This document shows, one piece after another, positions 15,219 to 24,084 of a stretch of 32,000 nt of DNA. Where the stretch lies: NCBI RefSeq assembly GCF_000021865.1, contig NC_014034.1, forward strand, positions 720,001 to 752,000, in the 5' to 3' direction. The notes below the pieces were generated by a model. It saw only the letters and a program-made list of their open reading frames with translations, had not been told where the DNA came from and ran no database searches. Positions within the stretch are counted from its first letter, which is position 1. Each line of letters starts with the position of its first letter. A program made the position numbers and the translations under genes. The stretch is from Rhodobacter capsulatus SB 1003. GTDB lineage: Bacteria; Pseudomonadota; Alphaproteobacteria; Rhodobacterales; Rhodobacteraceae.

Positions 15219-15476
15219 GCCTTGATGCAGCGGCCCCCCCCCGGCTAAACCGCGGTCACGACTCGTCCGGGCAGAAACCGGGCGGGGCGGGATGCGCCTT
15301 TTCTCAACCTGGCCCGTATCTTGCGTCGTGGCGGTGGATCCGTCGCGGATCCGGCCGGTTCGGGGGCGGGAAAGGCGTGTTGATGTGTAATAGATGTGGG
15401 TTTATTGACCCATGTCATGTTCCGCGCGCCCGGGATGGGGAACGATCCCGGACGTCGTTGGGTTTCGGGGACTCGA

Positions 15477-16235
15477 ATGCGGGATATAAGTGTTGAACTC
15501 GAGCATGGCTCGACGGGATGCCTTGATGGTTTCGTCGGTCTTGCTCTCGAAGCGATCGGGCGGCTTGTCGCGCGGCGCATGAACGGAGTGGCGGAACTGC
15601 AGACCGTGCTTGTGAACAGGATGGTCGAACTGGCAACGGGACCGGAGCTTGGCGCGATGGACCTGCTGTTCGACGAATTCCGTGCCGCGCATGTCCCGGT
15701 CGAGGAGATGGCCACCCATTACATCCCCGAGGCGGCCCGCCAGATCGGCGCCGCCTGGGACAGCGACCGGATCGGCTTCGCGCAGGTGACGATCGCGATT
15801 TCGCGCCTGCAGGAATTGCTGCATGCGCTGCAGACCTTGGTCACGGCCGACTCGGTTGGTTGCGCTAACGGCGCCACCGTCCTTCTGATTGTGCCGCCCG
15901 GAGAGCAGCACACGCTGGGCGCGTTGATCGTGGCGATGGAACTCCGCCGCCGGGGGGTCTCGGTACGGATCGTTTTCGCGCCGGGGTTGAGCGATCTGTC
16001 ACGTTTGATGGCGACAACCCGATTCGATGCCGCTTTGATCACTGTCGGCAGCATGGACAGGGTTGAAATCTGCGCCAAACTTGTCAAAACCCTGTCCAGC
16101 CTGACGAAGGGGCGGATGCGGGTTGCGATCGGTGGGGCCATCGTGTCGCAACGCGCCGAAGCACTCGCAAGAACCGGAGCAGATCTGGTGACGAACGATC
16201 TTTCGCTCGTCATTTCCGAATTTTCTCTGGTATGA
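15477..16235 (+). CDS. aerR: Cobalamin-binding antirepressor AerR (PpaA family)
   Basis: The ORF-track 279-aa frame begins at a GTG inside an AT-rich promoter-like patch, so I chose the ATG at 15477 (MRDISVELEH...), giving 252 aa, with GGGGA 5 nt upstream. With this start, His10 and the His of the B12-domain motif PPGEQHTLG (His145) match the residue numbers I recall for the reported cobalamin ligands. The in-frame ATG at 15657 gives the historical orf192, and others lie at 15579 and 15621. The B12-binding Rossmann segment is LLIVPPGEQHTLGALIVAMELRRRG. Confidence 0.85.
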   Translation: MRDISVELEHGSTGCLDGFVGLALEAIGRLVARRMNGVAELQTVLVNRMVELATGPELGAMDLLFDEFRAAHVPVEEMATHYIPEAARQIGAAWDSDRIGFAQVTIAISRLQELLHALQTLVTADSVGCANGATVLLIVPPGEQHTLGALIVAMELRRRGVSVRIVFAPGLSDLSRLMATTRFDAALITVGSMDRVEICAKLVKTLSSLTKGRMRVAIGGAIVSQRAEALARTGADLVTNDLSLVISEFSLV

Positions 16236-16309
16236 CTGAAAACGGTTGTGGGTCGAGGATGACGAGGGAAGGCTGACGAAGAGACACGGGTTGTGGAAAG
16301 GTTGCGGCC

Positions 16310-17719
16310 GTGACATCTGATGGAAGCTTCTTGATGCGACGGGAGGCCTTGCAAAGGGTCTCTCCGGACCTGTTGGCTGACATCGTGACGTCGGCCTGCG
16401 ATATTGCCCTGGTGGTGTCCCCGGGGCGTGTCGTCGAATCGGTGATGGTCAACCCGCAGTTCGGATCCGCGGAACGCTTCGCGGCCTGGCAGGGGGCGCG
16501 GCTGTCGCAGCTTTTCAGCCCCGAAAGCGCGCAGAAGCTGGAGAACCGTCTGGCCGACGGGCCGGAACCCGGCCGGTCGCTGCAGCTTGAACTGACCCAT
16601 GCCGCCGATGCCTTCACGCTGCCGGTCCGCTACACCATCACCCGCTCGGGCGAGGACGGGACGCTGTTGCTGATCGGGCGCGACATGCAGCCCTTGGCCG
16701 AGGTGCAGCAGCAGCTGGTCAAGGCGCAGCTGGCGCTGGAGCGCGATTACGAGGCGCAGCGCGAGATCGAGACCCGCTATCGCGTGCTGCTCGAGGCGCA
16801 TCCGGCGCCGCTTCTGATCGTGTCGATGTCGACCGGGCGGATCGCCGATCTGAACCTGGCCGCGGCCGCGATGATCGGCGCCACCCGGGCCGAGCTGATC
16901 GACGCGCCGGTGGGGCAGGAGCTGGACGGGCGCCGCCGCGGCGAATTCCTGGAAAATCTGGCCAAGATCGCCGGGTCGGATCCGCTGGGCGCGGTCGAGC
17001 TGACGATCCGCCGCTCGCGCCGCAAGGTGACGGTGACGGCGACGCTGTTCCGCGCGGCGGGCGACCGGCTGCTGTTGTGCCGTCTGGGCGAGGCCGAGGC
17101 CCGGCGCACCCGTGTCGATGACACGGTCGAGCTGAGCGAGCGGCTTTTCCTCAAGGGCATCGATGCGATGGTGTTTCTGGACGCCGACGGCACGATCCGG
17201 GCGGCGAACGACGCCTTTCTGTATCTGACCGATGCGGGCTCGGCGGCGCTGGTGCAGGGGCGGTCCTTTGCCGATTTCCTGTCGCGCGGGGCCGTCGACC
17301 TCAACGTGCTTTTGGACAACGTCAAGCGCATCGGCCATCTGCGCCATTACGTGACGCGGCTGAACACCGATTTCTCGGGTCAGGTCACGGTCGAGCTGTC
17401 GGCGACGCTGTTCCATGACCGCGCGACGCCGACGATCGCGCTGGTCATCCGCGACAGCAACCTGGCCGATGCGACGCGGATCATGCCCGGGATGGCCAGC
17501 AACGAGGGGCTGCGCAATGTCATGCAGATGGTCGGCTATGCGACGCTGCGCGACATCGTCTCGGAGACCACCGAGATCATCGAGAAGATGTGCATCGAAA
17601 CCGCGCTGGAGCTGACCGGCAACAACCGGGTGGCCGCGGCCGAGCTTTTGTCGCTGTCGCGGCAATCGCTTTATGTGAAGCTGCGCAAGTTCGGCCTGTT
17701 GTCGAAGGACGCGGAATAG
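16310..17719 (+). CDS. crtJ: Aerobic repressor of photosystem genes CrtJ (PpsR), PAS domains plus C-terminal Fis-type HTH
   Basis: ORF-track 469 aa (orf469) with a GTG start at 16310. The C-terminal HTH is NNRVAAAELLSLSRQSLYVKLRKFGL. It lies downstream of aerR as in known clusters. Confidence 0.95.
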   Translation: MTSDGSFLMRREALQRVSPDLLADIVTSACDIALVVSPGRVVESVMVNPQFGSAERFAAWQGARLSQLFSPESAQKLENRLADGPEPGRSLQLELTHAADAFTLPVRYTITRSGEDGTLLLIGRDMQPLAEVQQQLVKAQLALERDYEAQREIETRYRVLLEAHPAPLLIVSMSTGRIADLNLAAAAMIGATRAELIDAPVGQELDGRRRGEFLENLAKIAGSDPLGAVELTIRRSRRKVTVTATLFRAAGDRLLLCRLGEAEARRTRVDDTVELSERLFLKGIDAMVFLDADGTIRAANDAFLYLTDAGSAALVQGRSFADFLSRGAVDLNVLLDNVKRIGHLRHYVTRLNTDFSGQVTVELSATLFHDRATPTIALVIRDSNLADATRIMPGMASNEGLRNVMQMVGYATLRDIVSETTEIIEKMCIETALELTGNNRVAAAELLSLSRQSLYVKLRKFGLLSKDAE

Positions 17720-17727
17720 CCTTTTTC

Positions 17728-17762
17728 CGGTGCCCGTTTCGGGCGAAACGGGAAAGGCACCG
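17728..17762 (+). terminator. Compound stem-loop just after the crtJ stop (inner perfect 8-bp stem CCCGTTTC/GAAACGGG, outer CGGTG/CACCG); possible weak terminator
   Basis: Read directly from the sequence, 9 nt after the TAG. It is followed by CCTTTCCCC, which is only a poor U-tract. Confidence 0.35.
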
Positions 17763-18237
17763 CCTTTCCCCGCCCGGACGCGCAACGCCTGCTCCAGGAC
17801 CGTTTCCACCTGCGTGACAGAGGTCAGCGCCCGTCCCGGCGGGCGAGAAGCGCCCGCCATGGGCGGGGCGGGCGCTGGCCGGTGCCTTTGGGGCACCGGC
17901 GGCTGTTGCTGCCGCTGTTTCGCATGGCCGCGTCACCGGCCGCGGCCAAATCTGCGCCGGACCGATCGCCTGGCGGCCGAAATTCCCCATGCCTGATTCA
18001 CCTTTGCAAATCCGCGCCGCCGCAAGCGCCGCCGGACCGCTTTTCCGGCTCCGGTGTTCCCGCTTTCCCCCCGCCTTTTCCCGGCTGCGCCACCCCGTCG
18101 CAGGCCCCGGGGCCCCGGCAGGGGCCTCAAGCAGAATCAAGCAATATCAAAAACTTGCGAGCGCGACTTGCGCCCCGCGACAGGGGTGCGGCAATTTTCT
18201 GCATTTGACCTGTGCGATTTAATATGGTTGGGATACA

Positions 18238-18255
18238 TGTCAACTGAGGTTTACA
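18238..18255. promoter_or_regulatory. CrtJ/PpsR-type operator TGTCAACTGAGGTTTACA upstream of bchE
   Basis: A perfect TGT-N12-ACA, 23-40 nt upstream of the bchE ATG, inside an AT-rich island (about 18127-18260) in otherwise GC-rich DNA. Confidence 0.55.
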
Positions 18256-18277
18256 CCTACGCCCTGGAGGGTCAGCC

Positions 18278-20005
18278 ATGCGCATCCTTTTCGTCCACCC
18301 CAATTACCACTCCGGCGGGGCCGAGATCGCGGGGAACTGGCCCCCGTCGTGGGTCCCCTATCTTGCGGGTCACCTGAAAAAAGCGGGTTTCGACGACATC
18401 CATTTCATCGATGCGATGACGCTGAACGTGTCGCATGACGAGCTGCGCAAGAAATTTGCCGAACTCCAGCCCGACCTGATCGGCGTGACCTCGATCACGC
18501 CGTCGATCTACGAGGCGGAAGAGACGCTGAAGATCGCCAAGGAAGTCGTGCCGAATGCGGTGCGCGTTCTGGGCGGCGTGCATGCGACCTTCATGTTCCG
18601 TCAGGTGCTGTCGGAAGCGCCCTGGGTCGATGCGATCGTCCGCGGCGAGGGCGAAGAAATCATGGTCGAGCTGGCCAAATGCGTCTCCGAGGGCCGCTGG
18701 CCGGAAGACCGCGCCTCGATCAAGGGTCTGGCCTTCCATGACGGCACCGAGATCGTGGCGACGCAAGCCGCGCCGACGGTCAAGGACATCGACAGCCTGA
18801 AACCCGACTGGTCGCTGATCGACTGGAAACACTACATCTACATCCCGCTGGGCGTGCGCGTGGCGATCCCGAACATGGCGCGGGGCTGCCCCTTCACCTG
18901 CTCGTTCTGCTCGCAGTGGAAATTCTGGCGCGATTACCGCGTCCGTTCGCCGAAGGCCGTGGTCGACGAGATCGAAGATCTGGTGAACAACTACGACGTC
19001 GGCTTCTTCATCCTCGCCGACGAGGAACCGACGATCAACAAGAAGAAATTCGTCGAATTCTGTCAGGAGATGATCGACCGCGGTCTGAACCACAAGGTCA
19101 AATGGGGCATCAACACCCGCGTGACCGACATCTACCGCGACCGCGACCTGCTGAAATTCTACCGTGAGGCGGGCCTTGTCCACATCTCGCTCGGCACCGA
19201 AGCCGCGGCGCAGCTGAAGCTCGACCTGTTCAACAAGGAAACCACCGTCGCCGAGAACAAGGAGGCGATCCGCCTTCTGCGCGAGGCCGACATCTTCACC
19301 GAAGCGCAGTTCATCGTCGGCCTCGACAACGAGACCAAGGAAACCCTGGAAGAAACCTTCCAGATGGCCTGGGACTGGCAGCCGGACCTGGCGAACTGGT
19401 CGATGTACACGCCCTGGCCCTTCACGCCGCTCTTCCAGGAGCTGCGCGATCAGGTCGAGGTCTTCGACTTCTCGAAATACAACTTCGTGACCCCGATCAT
19501 GAAGCCCAAGGCGCTGACCCGCGGCGAGCTTCTGGACGGCGTGATGAAGAACTACCGCCGCTTCTACATGCGCAAGGCGCTGTTCCACTATCCGTGGCGC
19601 GGCACCGGCTTCCGCCGCCGCTATCTGCTCGGCTGCCTCAAGGCCTTCCTCAAGGCCGGGGTGGGGCGCACCTTCTATGACCTCGGCAAGGCCGGCTATT
19701 GGGGCCCGCAGACCAAGGATACGGTCGATTTCCACTTCGACGAGACCCGCAAGATCGCCGAGGCGCAGGTCGCCGACTGGGAAGCCGCCGCCGACCGGTC
19801 GCGCAAGCACAAGGAACGGCAGGAAGCGCTGCGCGCCCAGATGAAGGACCGCGCCGCCGACCGCAACACCGCGAACTTCGTGATGCCCGCGGATGCGGAA
19901 GACGAGTTCGACCTCTCGGCCGAAACGCACGAGGCGCGCAGCGCCGAACATGCGGCGATGGCCTGCGGGGGCGGCAAGGACCAGATGGTCGACGCCGCGG
20001 AATAA
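18278..20005 (+). CDS. bchE: Anaerobic Mg-protoporphyrin IX monomethyl ester oxidative cyclase (B12-binding / radical SAM)
   Basis: ORF-track 575 aa with an N-terminal B12-binding-like domain and the radical-SAM motif CPFTCSFC. Confidence 0.95.
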
Positions 20006-20020
20006 GAAGGAGTGACGGCC

Positions 20021-20662
20021 ATGAGCGGTGCCGCGCCTGCGCCGCAAGATGACGAGCCCCGGATCGGGCCGAATGCCATCTTGCAAACGATCGGCGTGCT
20101 CGACCGCCACCTTGGCCGTGCCGAGCGTGACCGGGTGATGCGGCTGGCGGGCGTGCCCGTCCCGCCGCCTGACTCGGGGATGCTGCCGGAAAGCCAGTGC
20201 CGCGCCGTGCATCAGGCGCTGCGCGTCGATCAGGGCGAAGCCGCCGAGGGCCTGTTGTGGCTCTCGGGGCTGGCCACCGGCGACTATATCCTGGCGAACC
20301 GGATCCCCGGTTTTGCCAAGGCGATCATCCGCGTGCTGCCCGGGTTTCTGGGCGCGCGCCTTCTGGCGGCGGCGATCACCAAACACGCCTGGACCTTTGT
20401 GGGCTCCGGGCGGTTCCGGGTCGAAAGCTTCCGCCCGCTGACCTTCCGCATCGATGACAACCCGCTGCGCGCCGACGCCGCCGAACGCCCCTCGTGCTTC
20501 TGGCATGCGGCGGTGTTCGAACGGCTTTTCGGCACGCTTGTCTGGCCCGAGGTGACGGTGGAGGAAATCTCCTGCGCCTCTGTCAGCGGGGGGCCGTGCC
20601 TTTTTGTCCTGCATCCGAAGGGCAAGAAAACGGCTATGCCCAGCTCTGTCCACTCCGGCTGA
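20021..20662 (+). CDS. bchJ: Bacteriochlorophyll biosynthesis protein BchJ (V4R-domain family)
   Basis: The ORF-track 216-aa frame starts at a GTG at 20012. The ATG at 20021 lies 8 nt after the AAGGAG at 20007-20012 and gives 213 aa. It lies between bchE and bchG. Confidence 0.88.
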   Translation: MSGAAPAPQDDEPRIGPNAILQTIGVLDRHLGRAERDRVMRLAGVPVPPPDSGMLPESQCRAVHQALRVDQGEAAEGLLWLSGLATGDYILANRIPGFAKAIIRVLPGFLGARLLAAAITKHAWTFVGSGRFRVESFRPLTFRIDDNPLRADAAERPSCFWHAAVFERLFGTLVWPEVTVEEISCASVSGGPCLFVLHPKGKKTAMPSSVHSG

Positions 20663-20707
20663 GGCCCCTTCGGGCCCTTGCCGCGCAACTTCCGGTGACC
20701 TGACCCC

Positions 20708-21622
20708 ATGAGCGCCCAAGACCTTTCGCCCAGCCGCCGCAGCATTCCCGAACCGCGGGCGATGCTGGAACTGATCAAGCCGGTGACCTGGTTCCCGCCG
20801 ATGTGGGCCTATCTGTGCGGCGCGGTGTCGTCGAATGTGCCGATCTGGGAGAACAAGGGCGTCGTCGTTCTGGGCATCGTTCTGGCCGGTCCGATCGTCT
20901 GCGGCATGTCCCAGGCGGCGAATGACTGGTGCGACCGTCATGTCGACGCGATCAACGAGCCGCACCGGCCGATCCCCTCGGGGCGCATCCCGGGTCTCTG
21001 GGGGCTTTATATCGCCATTGCCATGTCGCTTCTGTCGCTGGTTGTCGGCTGGCAGCTGGGCAGCTGGGGCTTTGTCGCGACGCTGCTGGGCGTGGCCGCC
21101 GCCTGGGCCTATTCGGTGGAACCGATCCGGCTGAAACGCTCGGGCTGGTGGGGGCCGGGGCTGGTGGGGCTGGCCTATGAGGGGCTGCCCTGGATCACCG
21201 GCGCCGCCGTGCTGCTGGCCACTGCCGACACGTCTCCGGGCTTTCCCATCGTGATGATGGCGACGCTTTACGCCCTTGGCGCGCACGGCATCATGACGAT
21301 CAATGATTTCAAGGCGATCGAGGGTGACCGCAAGCTCGGCATCAAGTCGCTGCCCGCCGTCTACGGCCCCGAGGTCGCGGCGAAGATCGCCTGCACGGTG
21401 ATGGGGCTGGCGCAGGCGCTGGTCATCACCATGCTCTATCTCTTCTCGAAACCCTACCACGCCACCGCCGTTCTGGTCCTGCTCTGCGGCCAATTCTGGG
21501 CGATGTCGGTCTGGATGCGCGACCCCGAGGGCAAGGCGCCCTGGTATAACGGCACCGGCGTGGTGATGTATGTTTCGGGGATGATGATCACCGCCTTCGC
21601 GATCCGGGGCTTCACGGTATGA
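20708..21622 (+). CDS. bchG: Bacteriochlorophyll synthase (UbiA prenyltransferase family)
   Basis: ORF-track 304 aa, polytopic, with the Asp-rich motif NDWCDRHVD. Confidence 0.95.
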   Translation: MSAQDLSPSRRSIPEPRAMLELIKPVTWFPPMWAYLCGAVSSNVPIWENKGVVVLGIVLAGPIVCGMSQAANDWCDRHVDAINEPHRPIPSGRIPGLWGLYIAIAMSLLSLVVGWQLGSWGFVATLLGVAAAWAYSVEPIRLKRSGWWGPGLVGLAYEGLPWITGAAVLLATADTSPGFPIVMMATLYALGAHGIMTINDFKAIEGDRKLGIKSLPAVYGPEVAAKIACTVMGLAQALVITMLYLFSKPYHATAVLVLLCGQFWAMSVWMRDPEGKAPWYNGTGVVMYVSGMMITAFAIRGFTV

Positions 21623-22905
21623 CGCTGGGCTGGCTCCAGATTTTCCGGCTGGGGCTGGTGCAGCTGTGCATCGGCGCGGTGGTGGTGCTGACCACCTCGA
21701 CGCTGAACCGGCTGATGGTGGTGGAACTGGCGCTGCCCGCGGTGCTGCCGGGCGCGCTGGTGGCGCTGCATTACGGGTTGCAGATCGCCCGGCCCGCCTG
21801 GGGGCTGCGCTCCGATACCAAGGGCAACCGCACCTTCTTCGTCATCCTCGGCATGGCGGTTCTGGCGCTTGGCGCCTTTCTGGCCGCCGTTGCCGTCGTG
21901 CTCTTCCCGCTTGCCTGGGGGCAGGCGCTTTTGCTCTCGGTCTTCGCCTATGTGCTGATCGGCTTCGGCGTCGGCGCCTCGGGCACCTCGCTTCTGGCAC
22001 TGCTCGCTTCGGCGACAGAGCCGCGCCGCCGCGCCGCCGCCGCCACGATCACCTGGCTTTTGATGATCTTCGGCATCGCCGTCACCGCGGGCACGGTTGG
22101 CCATTTCCTCGACCCCTATTCGCCCGAACGCCTGTTGTGGATCGTGGCCATCGTCACCCTTGGCGCCGTGGTGCTGACCACGCTCGCCGTCTGGGGGATC
22201 GAACGGCGGCTTGACCATCCGGTCCCCGAGGATACGCCGCCGCGGCTGCTCGAGGGGCTGCGCGAGGTCTGGGCCGAACCGCAGGCCCGCGCCTTCACCT
22301 TTTTCCTGTTCCTGTCGATGACCGCCTATTTCCTGCAGGAACTGATCCTGGAACCCTATGCGGGGCTCGTCTTCGGCTTCACCGCCGGGGAGACGACCAA
22401 GCTCTCGGGCATGCAGAACGGCGGCGTGTTCTTTGGCATGCTGACGGTGGGCCTTGCGCTCTCGGGGCTGAAGATCGGTTCCTTGCGCGGCTGGGTGGTG
22501 ACGGGCTGCCTTGGCTCCTCGCTGGCGCTGATGGCGATCGTCGCGCTCGGCCATCTGCCCGGCGCGGCGCTGGTTCCGGCGGTGATCGGGCTTGGCTTCT
22601 TCAACGGCATCTTCGCCGTCGCGGCCATCGGCGCGATGATGGCGCTGGCGGGCGAGGGCCGGTCTTCGCGCGAGGGCACGCGGATGGGCCTTTGGGGCGC
22701 GGCGCAGGCGATTGCGGCGGGCTTTGGCGGGCTCGTGGGCGCGGGCGCGGCCGATCTGATGCGGCTCTTTCTGCCCGATGCCACGGCATTCGGGCTGGTT
22801 TTCGGGGCGCAGGCGCTCCTTTTCATCGTCGCGGCCATGATGGCGACCGGAGTGGTCGCCGCACGGGGCGCGGCACGGGTTCCCACGGTCATGGCGGGTG
22901 AATGA
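21619..22905 (+). CDS. PucC/LhaA-family MFS-like membrane protein (orf428)
   Basis: ORF-track 428 aa with about 12 TM segments. The opening LQIFRLGLVQLCIGAVVVLTTSTLNRLMVVELALPA parallels LhaA. Its ATG overlaps the bchG stop (ATGA). Confidence 0.85.
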   Translation: MTLGWLQIFRLGLVQLCIGAVVVLTTSTLNRLMVVELALPAVLPGALVALHYGLQIARPAWGLRSDTKGNRTFFVILGMAVLALGAFLAAVAVVLFPLAWGQALLLSVFAYVLIGFGVGASGTSLLALLASATEPRRRAAAATITWLLMIFGIAVTAGTVGHFLDPYSPERLLWIVAIVTLGAVVLTTLAVWGIERRLDHPVPEDTPPRLLEGLREVWAEPQARAFTFFLFLSMTAYFLQELILEPYAGLVFGFTAGETTKLSGMQNGGVFFGMLTVGLALSGLKIGSLRGWVVTGCLGSSLALMAIVALGHLPGAALVPAVIGLGFFNGIFAVAAIGAMMALAGEGRSSREGTRMGLWGAAQAIAAGFGGLVGAGAADLMRLFLPDATAFGLVFGAQALLFIVAAMMATGVVAARGAARVPTVMAGE

Positions 22906-22906
22906 A

Positions 22907-24082
22907 ATGAAATACGATGCTTTCGTTGTCGGGGGCGGTCCTGCGGGATCGACGGCGGCATGGGATATGGCCCGCGCGGGTCTCAAGGTGGCCCTGCTCG
23001 ACCGCGCCGGTCGGATCAAGCCCTGCGGCGGCGCGATCCCGCCGCGGCTGATCCGCGACTTCGACATTCCCGACCATTTGCTGGTGGCGAAAATCACCTC
23101 GGCGCGGATGATCTCGCCCACCGGTCGTTTCGTCGACATCCCGATCGAGAACGGCTTCGTCGGCATGGTCGACCGCGAGGATTACGACGAATGGCTGCGC
23201 GAGCGCGCGGGCAAGGCGGGGGCCGAGCGTCTCACCGGCACCTGGCTGCGCATTGAACGCGACAGCGGCAAGACCGTGGTGGTGTGGCGCGACAAGGTCA
23301 CGGGCGAGGAAATGAAGGCCGAGACCCGGGTGGTGATCGGCGCCGATGGCGCAAATTCGCAGGTCCGCAACGAAGTGCCCGCGACGAAGATCCCGCTCGT
23401 CTTCGCCTATCACGAGATCATCAAGGCGCCGACGACGGTGGCGAATTACGACCCGACGCGCTGCGATGTTTACTATGACGGCCGGATCAGCCCGGATTTC
23501 TACGGCTGGGTCTTCCCGCATGGCAAGACGGCCTCGATCGGCATGGGGACGGAACTGCCCGATGTCAGCCTGAAGGATTGCACGACCCTGCTGCGGCAGA
23601 TGTCCGGGCTCGACAAGGAAGAGACGATCCGCAAGGAAGGCGCGCCGATCCCGCTGCAGCCGCTCGATGTCTGGGACAATGGCAAGGATGTGGTGCTTTC
23701 GGGCGATGCCGCGGGCGTCGTGGCGCCCTCCTCGGGCGAGGGGATCTATTACGCCCATGCCGGTGGCCGCTACGCCGCCGAAGCCGCGATGGCCTTCCTG
23801 AAATCGGGCAAACCGGCCGATCTGAAGCTGGCGCGGGCGGGCTTCATGAAAGAGCATGGCACCGTCTTCAAGGTGCTGCGGATGATGCAGGACAAGTATT
23901 ACCACAGCGATGACCGCCGCGAACGGTTTGTCTCGCTTTGCCATGACGTCGATGTGCAGCGCATGACGTTCGAGAGCTACATGAACAAGAAGATGACCAA
24001 GTTCCAGCCGCTGAAGAACCTGAAGATCGGCTTCAAGAACCTCGCGCATCTCTCCGGCCTCGTGCCGCCGCAATGGACCTGA
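22907..24082 (+). CDS. bchP: Geranylgeranyl-bacteriochlorophyllide/diphosphate reductase
   Basis: The ORF-track 394-aa frame starts at a GTG at 22898. The ATG at 22907 lies immediately after the orf428 TGA and gives 391 aa. The FAD-binding motif is VVGGGPAGSTAA. Confidence 0.92.
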   Translation: MKYDAFVVGGGPAGSTAAWDMARAGLKVALLDRAGRIKPCGGAIPPRLIRDFDIPDHLLVAKITSARMISPTGRFVDIPIENGFVGMVDREDYDEWLRERAGKAGAERLTGTWLRIERDSGKTVVVWRDKVTGEEMKAETRVVIGADGANSQVRNEVPATKIPLVFAYHEIIKAPTTVANYDPTRCDVYYDGRISPDFYGWVFPHGKTASIGMGTELPDVSLKDCTTLLRQMSGLDKEETIRKEGAPIPLQPLDVWDNGKDVVLSGDAAGVVAPSSGEGIYYAHAGGRYAAEAAMAFLKSGKPADLKLARAGFMKEHGTVFKVLRMMQDKYYHSDDRRERFVSLCHDVDVQRMTFESYMNKKMTKFQPLKNLKIGFKNLAHLSGLVPPQWT

Positions 24083-24084
24083 CC

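Noticed and set aside
18127-18156. FNR/CRP-type site (TTGAT-N4-ATCAA) among the ATCAA-containing repeats upstream of bchE
   Set aside because: The ATCAA/TCAA elements are direct repeats, not inverted, so no dyad matching the FNR consensus can be formed. I kept them only as phased direct repeats in the findings.
17720-18277. Possible cobalamin riboswitch in the long leader of the B12-dependent bchE
   Set aside because: I looked for the conserved B12-box-like core (AGYCMGG-AG-ACCKGCC type) and the usual GCCACTG element on the plus strand and found neither. B12 control here is better explained by AerR/CrtJ. A covariance-model scan (Rfam RF00174) would settle it.
18272-21493. 1073-aa minus-strand ORF spanning bchE, bchJ and bchG
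   Set aside because: Same GC-shadow artefact. It has low-complexity Arg/Gly/Asp/His composition and crosses three well-supported plus-strand genes.
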